Positions 19,924 to 27,964 of a stretch of 56,708 bases of DNA are shown here, piece after piece; the first letter of the stretch is position 1; every line of letters starts with the position of its first letter. Source of the DNA: an uncultured Candidatus Saccharibacteria bacterium. Lineage in GTDB: Bacteria; Patescibacteriota; Saccharimonadia; Saccharimonadales; UBA4665. The stretch covers positions 1 to 56,708 of the forward strand of contig CAILQE010000002.1 of NCBI GenBank assembly GCA_903836325.1. Direction: 5' to 3'. A model generated the notes under the pieces. It worked only from the letters and a program-made list of their open reading frames with translations, was not told the origin of the DNA and made no database searches. Both the position numbers and the translations under genes were made by a program.

Positions 19924-20250
19924 ATGAAAAAAGATTTACATCCAAACAACTACAGATTAGTAGCTTTTCAAGACCTTAATAACAGCCAGGTCTATTTAAC
20001 TAAATCTACCGTAGCCTCTGAAGAAACTATTAAAATTGAAGGTGTTGAATATCCTTTAGTAAAAGTTCATATCAGTAGCTCTTCTCACCCATTCTATACT
20101 GGTGAAGAAAGAATTATGGACATTGAAGGACGAGTAGATAAGTTTAAAGCAAGAGCAGCCGCAGGTGCAGCAGCCAGAGCAATGAAGGTTGAAAAAACCG
20201 CTAAAACTAAGCCCGCCGCTAAAGCAAAAAAGCCCGCTAAAACTAATTAA
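19924..20250 (+). CDS. rpmE: 50S ribosomal protein L31, type B (no CxxC zinc ribbon) with a Lys/Ala-rich C-terminal tail
   Basis: MKKDLHPNNY...HPFYTGE core lacking the zinc cysteines, then a ~35-aa tail RAAAGAAARAMKVEKTAKTKPAAKAKKPAKTN. Confidence 0.9.
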   Translation: MKKDLHPNNYRLVAFQDLNNSQVYLTKSTVASEETIKIEGVEYPLVKVHISSSSHPFYTGEERIMDIEGRVDKFKARAAAGAAARAMKVEKTAKTKPAAKAKKPAKTN

Positions 20251-20315
20251 CTGGAGTTTAAAACAATAAGAATAGCTTAATATAAGCTATTCTTTTATTA
20301 TTAATAGGTATTACT

Positions 20316-21377
20316 ATGGAAAATAAAATAAATCTACTCAGACTCGAACTTGCGGAGATTGAAACACAACTTCAAGATTCGAATATATATAGCAGTAAAG
20401 AATACCCTAAATTAGCTAGACGAAAACAGTTCATAGAAACTGTTATTGATTTATATGAGCATTTAATTTCAGACAGAAAATCCCTTCTAGAAACAAAAGA
20501 ACTACTTAACTCAGACGATGAAGAGATGAAGACTATGGCCAGTGAAGAAGTTTCAAGTCTTGAAACCAAAATACATAAAAACGAAGAAGAATTAAAGAAT
20601 TTACTGATTCCACAAGATCCAAATAACGAAAAAAATGTAATCATCGAAATTCGTGCTGCGGCAGGAGGAGATGAAGCTAGCTTATTCGCTGCAGAATTAT
20701 ACAGAATGTATTCAAGGTGGGCTGAAATCAACAACTATAAATATGAACTAATTAGCGAAAACCCTAATGAGGTTGGAGGATTTAAAGAAATTATATTCGA
20801 AATTAATGGTATTGATGCTTATAAATACTTGAAGTTTGAAGCTGGCGTTCATAGAGTGCAGAGAGTTCCCGTTACAGAAAGCCAAGGAAGAATTCACACA
20901 TCTACCGTTACTGTTGCGGTACTACCTGAAGCTGAAGACTCAGATGTTGAAATAAATCCCGCAGATCTAAGAATAGACGTATTCAGAGCTGGCGGTCATG
21001 GAGGTCAAAGTGTTAACACTACAGATTCAGCAGTAAGAATCACTCACATCCCTACTGGAATAGTTGTTTCAAACCAAGATGAAAAATCTCAAATCAAAAA
21101 CAAAATAAAAGCTATGGGTGTACTTAAGGCAAGAATTCTTGCTCTTAAGATTGAAGAAGAAAATAAAAAATTAAGTGACGAAAGACTTAAATTAATAGGA
21201 TCTGGAGATCGTAGCGAAAAAATCAGAACATATAATTTCCCTCAAGATCGAATTACTGACCATAGAATTGGATATTCAAGATCTAATATACCTGCTGCAC
21301 TAAGTGGCAATATAGAAGATCTAATTGAAAAACTTCAAGAAACCGAACACGCTTTAATTAACAACGAAACAAGATAA
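20316..21377 (+). CDS. prfA: Peptide chain release factor 1
   Basis: GGQ motif ([24 protein letters not shown]) and an RF1-type PxT-like tripeptide ([10 protein letters not shown]); 353 aa. Confidence 0.96.
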   Translation: MENKINLLRLELAEIETQLQDSNIYSSKEYPKLARRKQFIETVIDLYEHLISDRKSLLETKELLNSDDEEMKTMASEEVSSLETKIHKNEEELKNLLIPQDPNNEKNVIIEIRAAAGGDEASLFAAELYRMYSRWAEINNYKYELISENPNEVGGFKEIIFEINGIDAYKYLKFEAGVHRVQRVPVTESQGRIHTSTVTVAVLPEAEDSDVEINPADLRIDVFRAGGHGGQSVNTTDSAVRITHIPTGIVVSNQDEKSQIKNKIKAMGVLKARILALKIEEENKKLSDERLKLIGSGDRSEKIRTYNFPQDRITDHRIGYSRSNIPAALSGNIEDLIEKLQETEHALINNETR

Positions 21378-22201
21378 TGAATTCCTATTCTGAGGCTCTT
21401 CGTTATGCGGAGAACAAATTTAAGGAATTAGGGATTAAATCAGCACACCTAGATTCTATTATTCTGCTCGAAAAAACCATCAATAAAGGTCGATCCTACA
21501 TACTAGCTCACTCCGAAGAAAATTTATCACAAATAGATAAATTCAAATTCAAAAAATTAATAAATAAAAGATCAAAGTATAAACCAGTTGCTCAACTTTT
21601 GAGTAACAAGGAATTCTATGGACGAAATTTCTACATTAATAAGAATGTTCTAACTCCAAGACCTGAGACAGAAGAAATAATTGTTCAATTTGATGAATTA
21701 ATAAGAAATAATAAGTTAAGCCAAAAATGCAAAGTTTGCGACTTAGGAACAGGAAGCGGCGTGATAGGTATAACGCTTAAGTTAGAGCACCCCGATATTA
21801 GCATGGACCTAGTAGACCTATTCCCTAAAACACTAAGAGTTGCTAAAAAAAACGTTGTAATTCACTCAACTAGTGTTAATTTAATTAAATCAGACCTTCT
21901 AAGTAAAGCCTCTCAAAACTATGACGTTATAGTAGCAAATTTACCCTACGTGCCTTCTAATATAGCTATAAACAATGAAGCGAAGCATGAACCCAGTAAG
22001 GCTATATTCGCTCGTGAAGATGGAATATATTATTACAGAAGAATGTTTGATGAAATAAAGGATTTTAGAAAAAAACCGTTGTATATAATACTCGAATTTT
22101 TAGACGAAACTTCTGATTCTATTAATTACTTAGCTACTCTGAATAATTATAAATTGATAAATAGAACTGGTCTTATTAGTACTTACTCACTGTCAAAATA
22201 G
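21377..22201 (+). CDS. prmC: Release-factor glutamine N5-methyltransferase PrmC/HemK
   Basis: SAM motif CDLGTGSGVIG. The catalytic tetrapeptide position reads NLPY instead of the canonical NPPY. The start overlaps the prfA stop (ATAATG). Confidence 0.85.
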   Translation: MNSYSEALRYAENKFKELGIKSAHLDSIILLEKTINKGRSYILAHSEENLSQIDKFKFKKLINKRSKYKPVAQLLSNKEFYGRNFYINKNVLTPRPETEEIIVQFDELIRNNKLSQKCKVCDLGTGSGVIGITLKLEHPDISMDLVDLFPKTLRVAKKNVVIHSTSVNLIKSDLLSKASQNYDVIVANLPYVPSNIAINNEAKHEPSKAIFAREDGIYYYRRMFDEIKDFRKKPLYIILEFLDETSDSINYLATLNNYKLINRTGLISTYSLSK

Positions 22202-22287
22202 CTCTTTTGACTCATTGAACACATTTTTTTTATTATTTTCTTTTCAACTATTGTTGGATTCTTTTATTCTATAATACAATTTAGATT

Positions 22288-23037
22288 TTATATAAATCTA
22301 TCGCCCCATTTAGAAAAAGAGATAACTAAAATTACTAAAGCAATCATTATGAATACAATTTGTTGTTTAATGATCTTTGTTACTTTACTATGGTGGTCTA
22401 GATAGTACAGTGTACCGATTCCGTATCCTAGAGATCCAAGAAGAAGCGCAGGCATTGCAAGGAATCCATAATAAATTAATAAGTGGGCCAGCAACCAAGC
22501 CATTGCGGCACCGAAATATCCCCATGTATATGATAGAAGTCTTGAATATGGCTCATCAAATGCATCAAAAAAGTGTCTTGCACTAACAAAACATATTAGA
22601 CCAGTAACGATTGTCAGAATGAACAATGATGCCCCTCCCCAAGATAAATATACTGCCGTTAATCCTAGAATCATACCTATGAATGCCTGAACAGATATTA
22701 GTCTTAAGGTAGAACCTGGTTTTAGATAAATCATCCATAAAGCATAGACCACCACCCAGAATATCTGTACCTGAATATTAGAGGTTCTGAGCATGAAACT
22801 AACAATTGAAAGACCAACTATAATATCTATTGAATTGGCTCTAATATTTGCAGCCCAGAATCTTGGCTTTACGGAAACCATTCTCCATTTACTCAGTAAT
22901 ACTAAACTAAATGCTAATTGATAAAAACCAAGTTTGATTAGAAACAATACTCCAACAGGAATAAGAATCGTCAGAAAAGTTTGTGCAACTTTAGCGAATC
23001 CTTCTATCGGTCTAATTTTGACTAGAAATTGTCTCAT
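22288..23037 (-). CDS. Polytopic membrane protein of unknown function
   Basis: 249 aa, about 7 hydrophobic helices, no motif I recognise. The start overlaps the 3' end of the LCP gene by 26 nt, which suggests co-expression. Confidence 0.5.
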   Translation of the reverse strand: MRQFLVKIRPIEGFAKVAQTFLTILIPVGVLFLIKLGFYQLAFSLVLLSKWRMVSVKPRFWAANIRANSIDIIVGLSIVSFMLRTSNIQVQIFWVVVYALWMIYLKPGSTLRLISVQAFIGMILGLTAVYLSWGGASLFILTIVTGLICFVSARHFFDAFDEPYSRLLSYTWGYFGAAMAWLLAHLLIYYGFLAMPALLLGSLGYGIGTLYYLDHHSKVTKIIKQQIVFIMIALVILVISFSKWGDRFI

Positions 23038-24643
23038 TGTTACCTAATATAATAACAAAATTCGCATTAGTTGTCGCTGTATCTATATTTTCAGGAAGGT
23101 TTTTAAGTATGGTAGCGTTCAATCTATTCTCTAAGTAGTGCGACGAGTAAGGAGCTGCTGAGTTACTTAAATCCACTATACTTGTGGCAGCATAATTATT
23201 ATTTTTTGTGTTACCTGTTCCAACTACGTTATATCCGTAAGCTTTCAAAGTTTCTACTGTGCTATTTAGAATACTAGGATCATTAGTCCCATTCATTACT
23301 AATATTCTAGCGTTCTCCTTTTTGATATATGGATCAGGTAATAATGTTCTTATAAACGTTTTTATATTGCCATAGTTATATAAACCAGCCAATGGAAGAT
23401 CTATTGATTGGCCGTTCATAGGTCCAGTAGTAATTAGACGACTAGTCTTATCTGTTAGCCCAACACTATTAATGTTAGCTATGTCTATTTTCTTAATAAT
23501 AGAAAATAATTTTTCTGCATCACTAAGCCCCATATCGGTAGCTACATTATTTCCAAAACTATTAAATAATTCTGAAATTTTAACTGGATTAGATAGAGTG
23601 TCCATGTTTTGAGCTTTCTGCTTAATTGCTACCATTAAATCTCTTTGCCTCTGTCCTCTAGCGAAATCACTTGATGTTTCTCTAGATCTTGAATATCTTA
23701 ACGCCTGATCTCCATTGAAATGCTGAATTCCAGCTGATGCTAAGAGTGGATTATTGTGATTTTCCCAAGCCATATTTGGATCATACAGATTAGTTGGAAC
23801 ATTAATTGTTACCCCTCCGATGGAGTCAACGGCATCTTTAAATGCCTGGAAGTCCACAAGAGCATTGTAATCTATATTTAGCCCAGTAATATCTTGTATG
23901 GTCTGATCGATTAATTTATATCCTGATTCGATCACTTTCGGATCAGTACTTCCTGGAGCTATTCTACCTTCAGCTGCAAACTCTCCATTTTCCCATACCG
24001 CATTAATTTTCATAGATCCATGTCCAGGAACACTTACCCATAAATCTCTAGGTATACTAAGAAGCGTAATACTATTAGCGACTGGGTCAATACTGGCTAT
24101 CATTATTGTGTCAGTTAGATCGGGGCCATCATGATTTCCGCCTCCTCTACCCATCAATAACACGTTTACTCTTCCATTTCCTTCTGTTCTAAGTAGGCTC
24201 GGGTCTACATTACGCTGGAGCGCTACGGCACTTTTAGCACCACCTCTTAAGACCTTATTAAGATTATTGTAGCTAAGAGCAAATATATATCCTCCAAAGA
24301 TAAGAGATGTAGCTATTAAAGATCCGGTTATCTTGAACGCAATTGAACCTATAAGCTCTTTTATGGGCTTCTTGATCTTCAGAGTGTATTTTTTTAGACT
24401 ACCAGCACCAGGTAGTTCAACATTACCGATTATTTCTTCCACCTCTAGTAATTTATCTTTTAATTCTTTGGGTGCTGTCTCTATTTTTTGTTCAACAACT
24501 GTTTTAACATTCTTTAATTCTGAAGCAATTCTAAATCTAGAGTAGTTAGCTCTTTCGATTTTATATATTTTTCTGTTAATAGAATGGGGATCGTTATTAG
24601 ACGTCCTCGAACTATCAACTAACCCTCTTTTATTATTTTCCAT
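23012..24643 (-). CDS. LCP (LytR-CpsA-Psr) family cell-wall polymer transferase
   Basis: N-terminal cytoplasmic segment and one TM, then the LCP core (NVLLMGRGG...DTIMIASIDP...LLSIPRDLWV) and a C-terminal LytR_C-like domain; 543 aa. Confidence 0.8.
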   Translation of the reverse strand: MENNKRGLVDSSRTSNNDPHSINRKIYKIERANYSRFRIASELKNVKTVVEQKIETAPKELKDKLLEVEEIIGNVELPGAGSLKKYTLKIKKPIKELIGSIAFKITGSLIATSLIFGGYIFALSYNNLNKVLRGGAKSAVALQRNVDPSLLRTEGNGRVNVLLMGRGGGNHDGPDLTDTIMIASIDPVANSITLLSIPRDLWVSVPGHGSMKINAVWENGEFAAEGRIAPGSTDPKVIESGYKLIDQTIQDITGLNIDYNALVDFQAFKDAVDSIGGVTINVPTNLYDPNMAWENHNNPLLASAGIQHFNGDQALRYSRSRETSSDFARGQRQRDLMVAIKQKAQNMDTLSNPVKISELFNSFGNNVATDMGLSDAEKLFSIIKKIDIANINSVGLTDKTSRLITTGPMNGQSIDLPLAGLYNYGNIKTFIRTLLPDPYIKKENARILVMNGTNDPSILNSTVETLKAYGYNVVGTGNTKNNNYAATSIVDLSNSAAPYSSHYLENRLNATILKNLPENIDTATTNANFVIILGNNETISSQN

Positions 24644-24742
24644 CTCACTTTTTATTTCGTTAGTTTAGATATATTATAAGCATAAATAGTATATAAAACA
24701 ATATGCTTCTGCTAATTAATCTAGTTATGCTATAGTTTTAAC

Positions 24743-25321
24743 ATGACCAAGAAAGAGAGTCTATCTTTATTAAATGTTGTCTTGATATCAGTTATTTCTG
24801 TTCTGTTACTTGTTTCTTTTGTCTTTAGATCTTATCAAGTTGATGGACCAAGTATGGAGTCAACTCTACAAAATAATGACCTCTTAGTTATCTGGAAGGT
24901 TCCAAGAACTTGGGCAAGAATAACAGGTAATGATTATATTCCAAAAAGAGGAGATATTATTGTCTTTAATGAAGATAAATTAGCTCCCTACGGACAACCA
25001 GGTACTAAAGCGCTAATAAAAAGAGTCATAGGGTTACCTGGAGATAGAGTAGAAATTGTTTCTGGACACTATTTGGTTATAAATAAATCTAATCCTAATG
25101 GTTTTGATCCAGATAAAACTCTTGGTTACGATAAAAATAATCAAATTCCTTATACCACTGGGAATCTAGATGTGAGTTTAGGCAAGAATCAGTTATTTGT
25201 TTCCGGAGACAACAGATCAGTTTCATTAGACTCTAGAGCATTCGGACCCATAAACACTAATCAAATTATAGGTAAATTAGCTATAAGATTCTGGCCAGGA
25301 TCCAAGGTTGAGATTTTTTAA
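24743..25321 (+). CDS. lepB: Signal peptidase I
   Basis: One TM, the catalytic Ser box (VDGPSMESTL), the Lys box (KRVIGLPGD) and GDNRSVSLDSR. Confidence 0.9.
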   Translation: MTKKESLSLLNVVLISVISVLLLVSFVFRSYQVDGPSMESTLQNNDLLVIWKVPRTWARITGNDYIPKRGDIIVFNEDKLAPYGQPGTKALIKRVIGLPGDRVEIVSGHYLVINKSNPNGFDPDKTLGYDKNNQIPYTTGNLDVSLGKNQLFVSGDNRSVSLDSRAFGPINTNQIIGKLAIRFWPGSKVEIF

Positions 25322-25359
25322 CTTTCGCTGAATATAAAATTTAGGTATATTATTAATTA

Positions 25360-26229
25360 ATGAGTGATCAAAATAAAAAAGGTTTAGGTAGAGGCTTTGA
25401 AGCCCTACTTCCTAGTAATTTCAATAAAGAAAGCCTCCTTTCACCTAATGAAAAGATATTAAATATTGAATTATCTAAATTATCTCCTAATAAACACCAG
25501 CCTAGAACCGTATTTGATCAAAAAGCTCTAGAAGAATTAGCTTCTTCTATTAAACAATATGGCGTAATTCAACCCATATTAGTGACTCCTCTTGATGACG
25601 GCAACTATACAATAGTTGCAGGAGAAAGAAGATATCGTGCATCTAAAATCGCTGGAATCAAAACTATTCCTGCAGTAGTTAAGAAGCGTCAAGAATTAGA
25701 GCAATTAGAAATAGCTCTAATAGAGAATATACAAAGAGAGAATCTAAATCCTATGGAACAAGCATTAAGCATAGAAAGATTAAGACAACAGTTTAACTTT
25801 AGTTTAAGCGATATCTCTAAGAGAATGGGTAAAGCTATTTCAACCGTAAATAACCTTAATAGATTAATAGATTTACCAGATAGTGCTAAAGAAGCGCTAA
25901 TGAAAAGATTAATAGTTGAAGGTCATGCAAGACAAATTCTTTCACTTAATAGCGATCCTAAAATGCAAGATTTCCTACTTAATGAAATTATTAAAAAGAA
26001 ATGGAATGTTAGACAAGCAGAACAATTTGTTACTAGCCTAAAATCTGGAATAAAAGATTCAAAGCAAGCATCCGACAGAACTCAACAGAAAGAAACTACA
26101 GAGACAAAAACACTATCTAAAGTCTTGAATACTAAAGTTAGCCTACGAAGAATGGCTAAAGGTGGTAAATTAGAAATTGCTTATAAAAATGATGAAGATT
26201 TAAATAGAATATTAAAAAGAATTAATTAA
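25360..26229 (+). CDS. parB: Chromosome partitioning protein ParB/Spo0J
   Basis: ParB box (IQPILV...VAGERRYRAS), an HTH region and 289 aa. The stop overlaps the parA stop on the other strand. Confidence 0.9.
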   Translation: MSDQNKKGLGRGFEALLPSNFNKESLLSPNEKILNIELSKLSPNKHQPRTVFDQKALEELASSIKQYGVIQPILVTPLDDGNYTIVAGERRYRASKIAGIKTIPAVVKKRQELEQLEIALIENIQRENLNPMEQALSIERLRQQFNFSLSDISKRMGKAISTVNNLNRLIDLPDSAKEALMKRLIVEGHARQILSLNSDPKMQDFLLNEIIKKKWNVRQAEQFVTSLKSGIKDSKQASDRTQQKETTETKTLSKVLNTKVSLRRMAKGGKLEIAYKNDEDLNRILKRIN

Positions 26230-26984
26230 GAATTTGTTCTGCCTAGAATCTCTTTACCTAAAGATTTATACATCTTAGCTCCCTTACTCCATGAATCGTA
26301 CTCAAAAATAGTTTTACCATGACTAGGCGCTTCAGCTAAACGAATATTTCTTGGGATCTGAGTTTTAAAAACTAGTTCACCAAAATAATTCTCAATTTCT
26401 TTTTTTACTTGCTGACTCAAAGATGTTCTTTTGTCATACATGGTTAAAAATAGTCCTAATATAGTTAATTCTGAGTTAGTACGTTCTTGAACTGCTTGAA
26501 TAGTATGTAGCAACTGACTTAATCCTTCCATTGCATAATATTCAGCCTGAACAGGAATCAAAACCTGATCTGCTGCAGTCAAAGCATTTATTGTTAAAAC
26601 TCCTAAACTTGGAGGGCAATCTATTAATATGTAATCATAGGATAAATTTTCAAGCTGATTTTTTAATATATATTCTCTTTCACTCAATCCTACGCTTTCA
26701 GTCTCAAATGCCGATAAAGAAGAATCAGCTGATATCATATCTAAATTTTTGATATTTGATTCAGCTATAACATTATCTATCTTGGACCCTCCAATTAGTA
26801 CGTCGTAAATTGTTGAGCTACCTTTCAAAGAACCAAGACCACTAGTAGCATTACCCTGAGGGTCTAAATCGATAATTAATACTTTTTGATTATTAGCAGC
26901 AAGATAAGCTGCAACATTAATAGTTGAGGTTGTTTTTCCAACACCTCCCTTTTGATTTACGACTGTGATGATATGCTTATTCAT
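26226..26984 (-). CDS. parA: Chromosome partitioning ATPase ParA/Soj
   Basis: Deviant Walker A NQKGGVGKTT. I move the start to the ATG at 26984-26982 (MNKHIITVVNQKGG), which has AGGAGG 4 nt upstream. The ORF-track start at 27014 adds 10 unlikely residues. Confidence 0.9.
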   Translation of the reverse strand: MNKHIITVVNQKGGVGKTTSTINVAAYLAANNQKVLIIDLDPQGNATSGLGSLKGSSTIYDVLIGGSKIDNVIAESNIKNLDMISADSSLSAFETESVGLSEREYILKNQLENLSYDYILIDCPPSLGVLTINALTAADQVLIPVQAEYYAMEGLSQLLHTIQAVQERTNSELTILGLFLTMYDKRTSLSQQVKKEIENYFGELVFKTQIPRNIRLAEAPSHGKTIFEYDSWSKGAKMYKSLGKEILGRTNS

Positions 26985-27156
26985 TTGCCTCCTATGAGTA
27001 TATATAAAATTCAACTTAATATAAATAACCTTATTTGACTAGCCATATAATACAACTAATATACTGTTATGGATTTAACTTTTATTTATAGTTTAATTTT
27101 CAAATAAGATATGGCCTATATTCTTAATTTTTTACGTAACAATCTTTTATATAAAA

Positions 27157-27183
27157 ATATACCGCTTTTTTAGAGCGGTATAT
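27157..27183 (-). terminator. Intrinsic-terminator-like hairpin inside the parA-rplU non-coding island
   Basis: Stem ATACCGCT / AGCGGTAT (27159-27166 with 27174-27181, extendable by 2 A-T pairs) and a 7-nt loop. On the minus strand it is followed by UUUUUAUAUAAAA. No annotated gene ends here. Confidence 0.4.
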
Positions 27184-27566
27184 ATTAAAACTTTTATTTG
27201 TAGGGCTGTTGCCCGCAAAATATTTTTTTGTTTTGGGGCTTTCCCTCACACTTTTAACGAAAGCTCCATTTTTATAATTTTTAACGTTTTTGTATGATTT
27301 TTGGGCTCTAAGTATAAACCACTATTTATTACTTATTACCTATACACCATTATGAATATACATAAGACATATGACAATACTTTTTTGAGCAATTTTTATA
27401 TACAATAATTTTAGTAAAAAACTGTAATTTTTTTATATGTTATGTTGTAAATACTTCAACTAGGGTTATTTTTTAGTGTTATTAACAGCGTAAGGTTTAT
27501 TTTGGATAACTATAATATCAAAAATAGTGTTGATATTTTATCAACTATAAAAATAGAGCCTTGGTT

Positions 27567-27575
27567 TTATCCACA
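27567..27575 (+). promoter_or_regulatory. Perfect consensus DnaA box TTATCCACA
   Basis: Exact 9-mer read in the sequence, 25 nt downstream of the rplU stop. A one-mismatch box (TTATCCAAA, minus strand) lies at 27502-27510. Confidence 0.35.
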
Positions 27576-27600
27576 GGCCCTATATTAAATAGTTTTTCTA

Positions 27601-27906
27601 TTAAGCTATTTTATTTATTTTAAGAACAGTCTTAAGTTGTCTATGACCTCTAACTTTTCTTACTCGTTTTTTAGCTTTGTATCTTATAGAAAGGACTTTG
27701 TCTGTCTTTTTTGATTCTTCTAGAACTGCTGCTGTTACTTTTGTAGCAGTTTTAGGAGTACCAACATCGATTTTATCTCCGTCTATTACCATCAAAGCTT
27801 CAAAAGATACTTCATCTCCTAGATTTTTTAGTAATTCGACTTCAATAATGTCACCTTCTGAGACGACAAATTGCTTATTTCCTGAACTTATTATTGCTTT
27901 CTTCAT
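27601..27906 (-). CDS. rplU: 50S ribosomal protein L21
   Basis: 101 aa with GNKQFVVSEGDII...KVRGHRQ. No rpmA (L27) follows it. Confidence 0.93.
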   Translation of the reverse strand: MKKAIISSGNKQFVVSEGDIIEVELLKNLGDEVSFEALMVIDGDKIDVGTPKTATKVTAAVLEESKKTDKVLSIRYKAKKRVRKVRGHRQLKTVLKINKIA

Positions 27907-27964
27907 ATTGAATTTAAGGATAGCATAAATATTTCAATCTGTAAAGACTGCCAGTATTAGCATT

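Noticed and set aside
27133-27140. Palindrome TTACGTAA as a possible parS site next to parA
   Set aside because: It is only 8 bp and does not match the 16-bp TGTTNCACGTGAAACA consensus beyond the central CG. I did not notice a convincing parS elsewhere in the window (unaided reading, not exhaustive); a GTTTCACGTG run at ~51533 lies in conserved 23S sequence.
26985-27600. Degraded rpmA (L27) pseudogene or a small ribosomal-protein ORF downstream of rplU
   Set aside because: I translated the minus strand by eye. The frames are full of stops and nothing resembles L27 motifs (AHKK.GGS..NGRDS). The plus-strand ATG ORFs I checked there run only ~18-20 codons.
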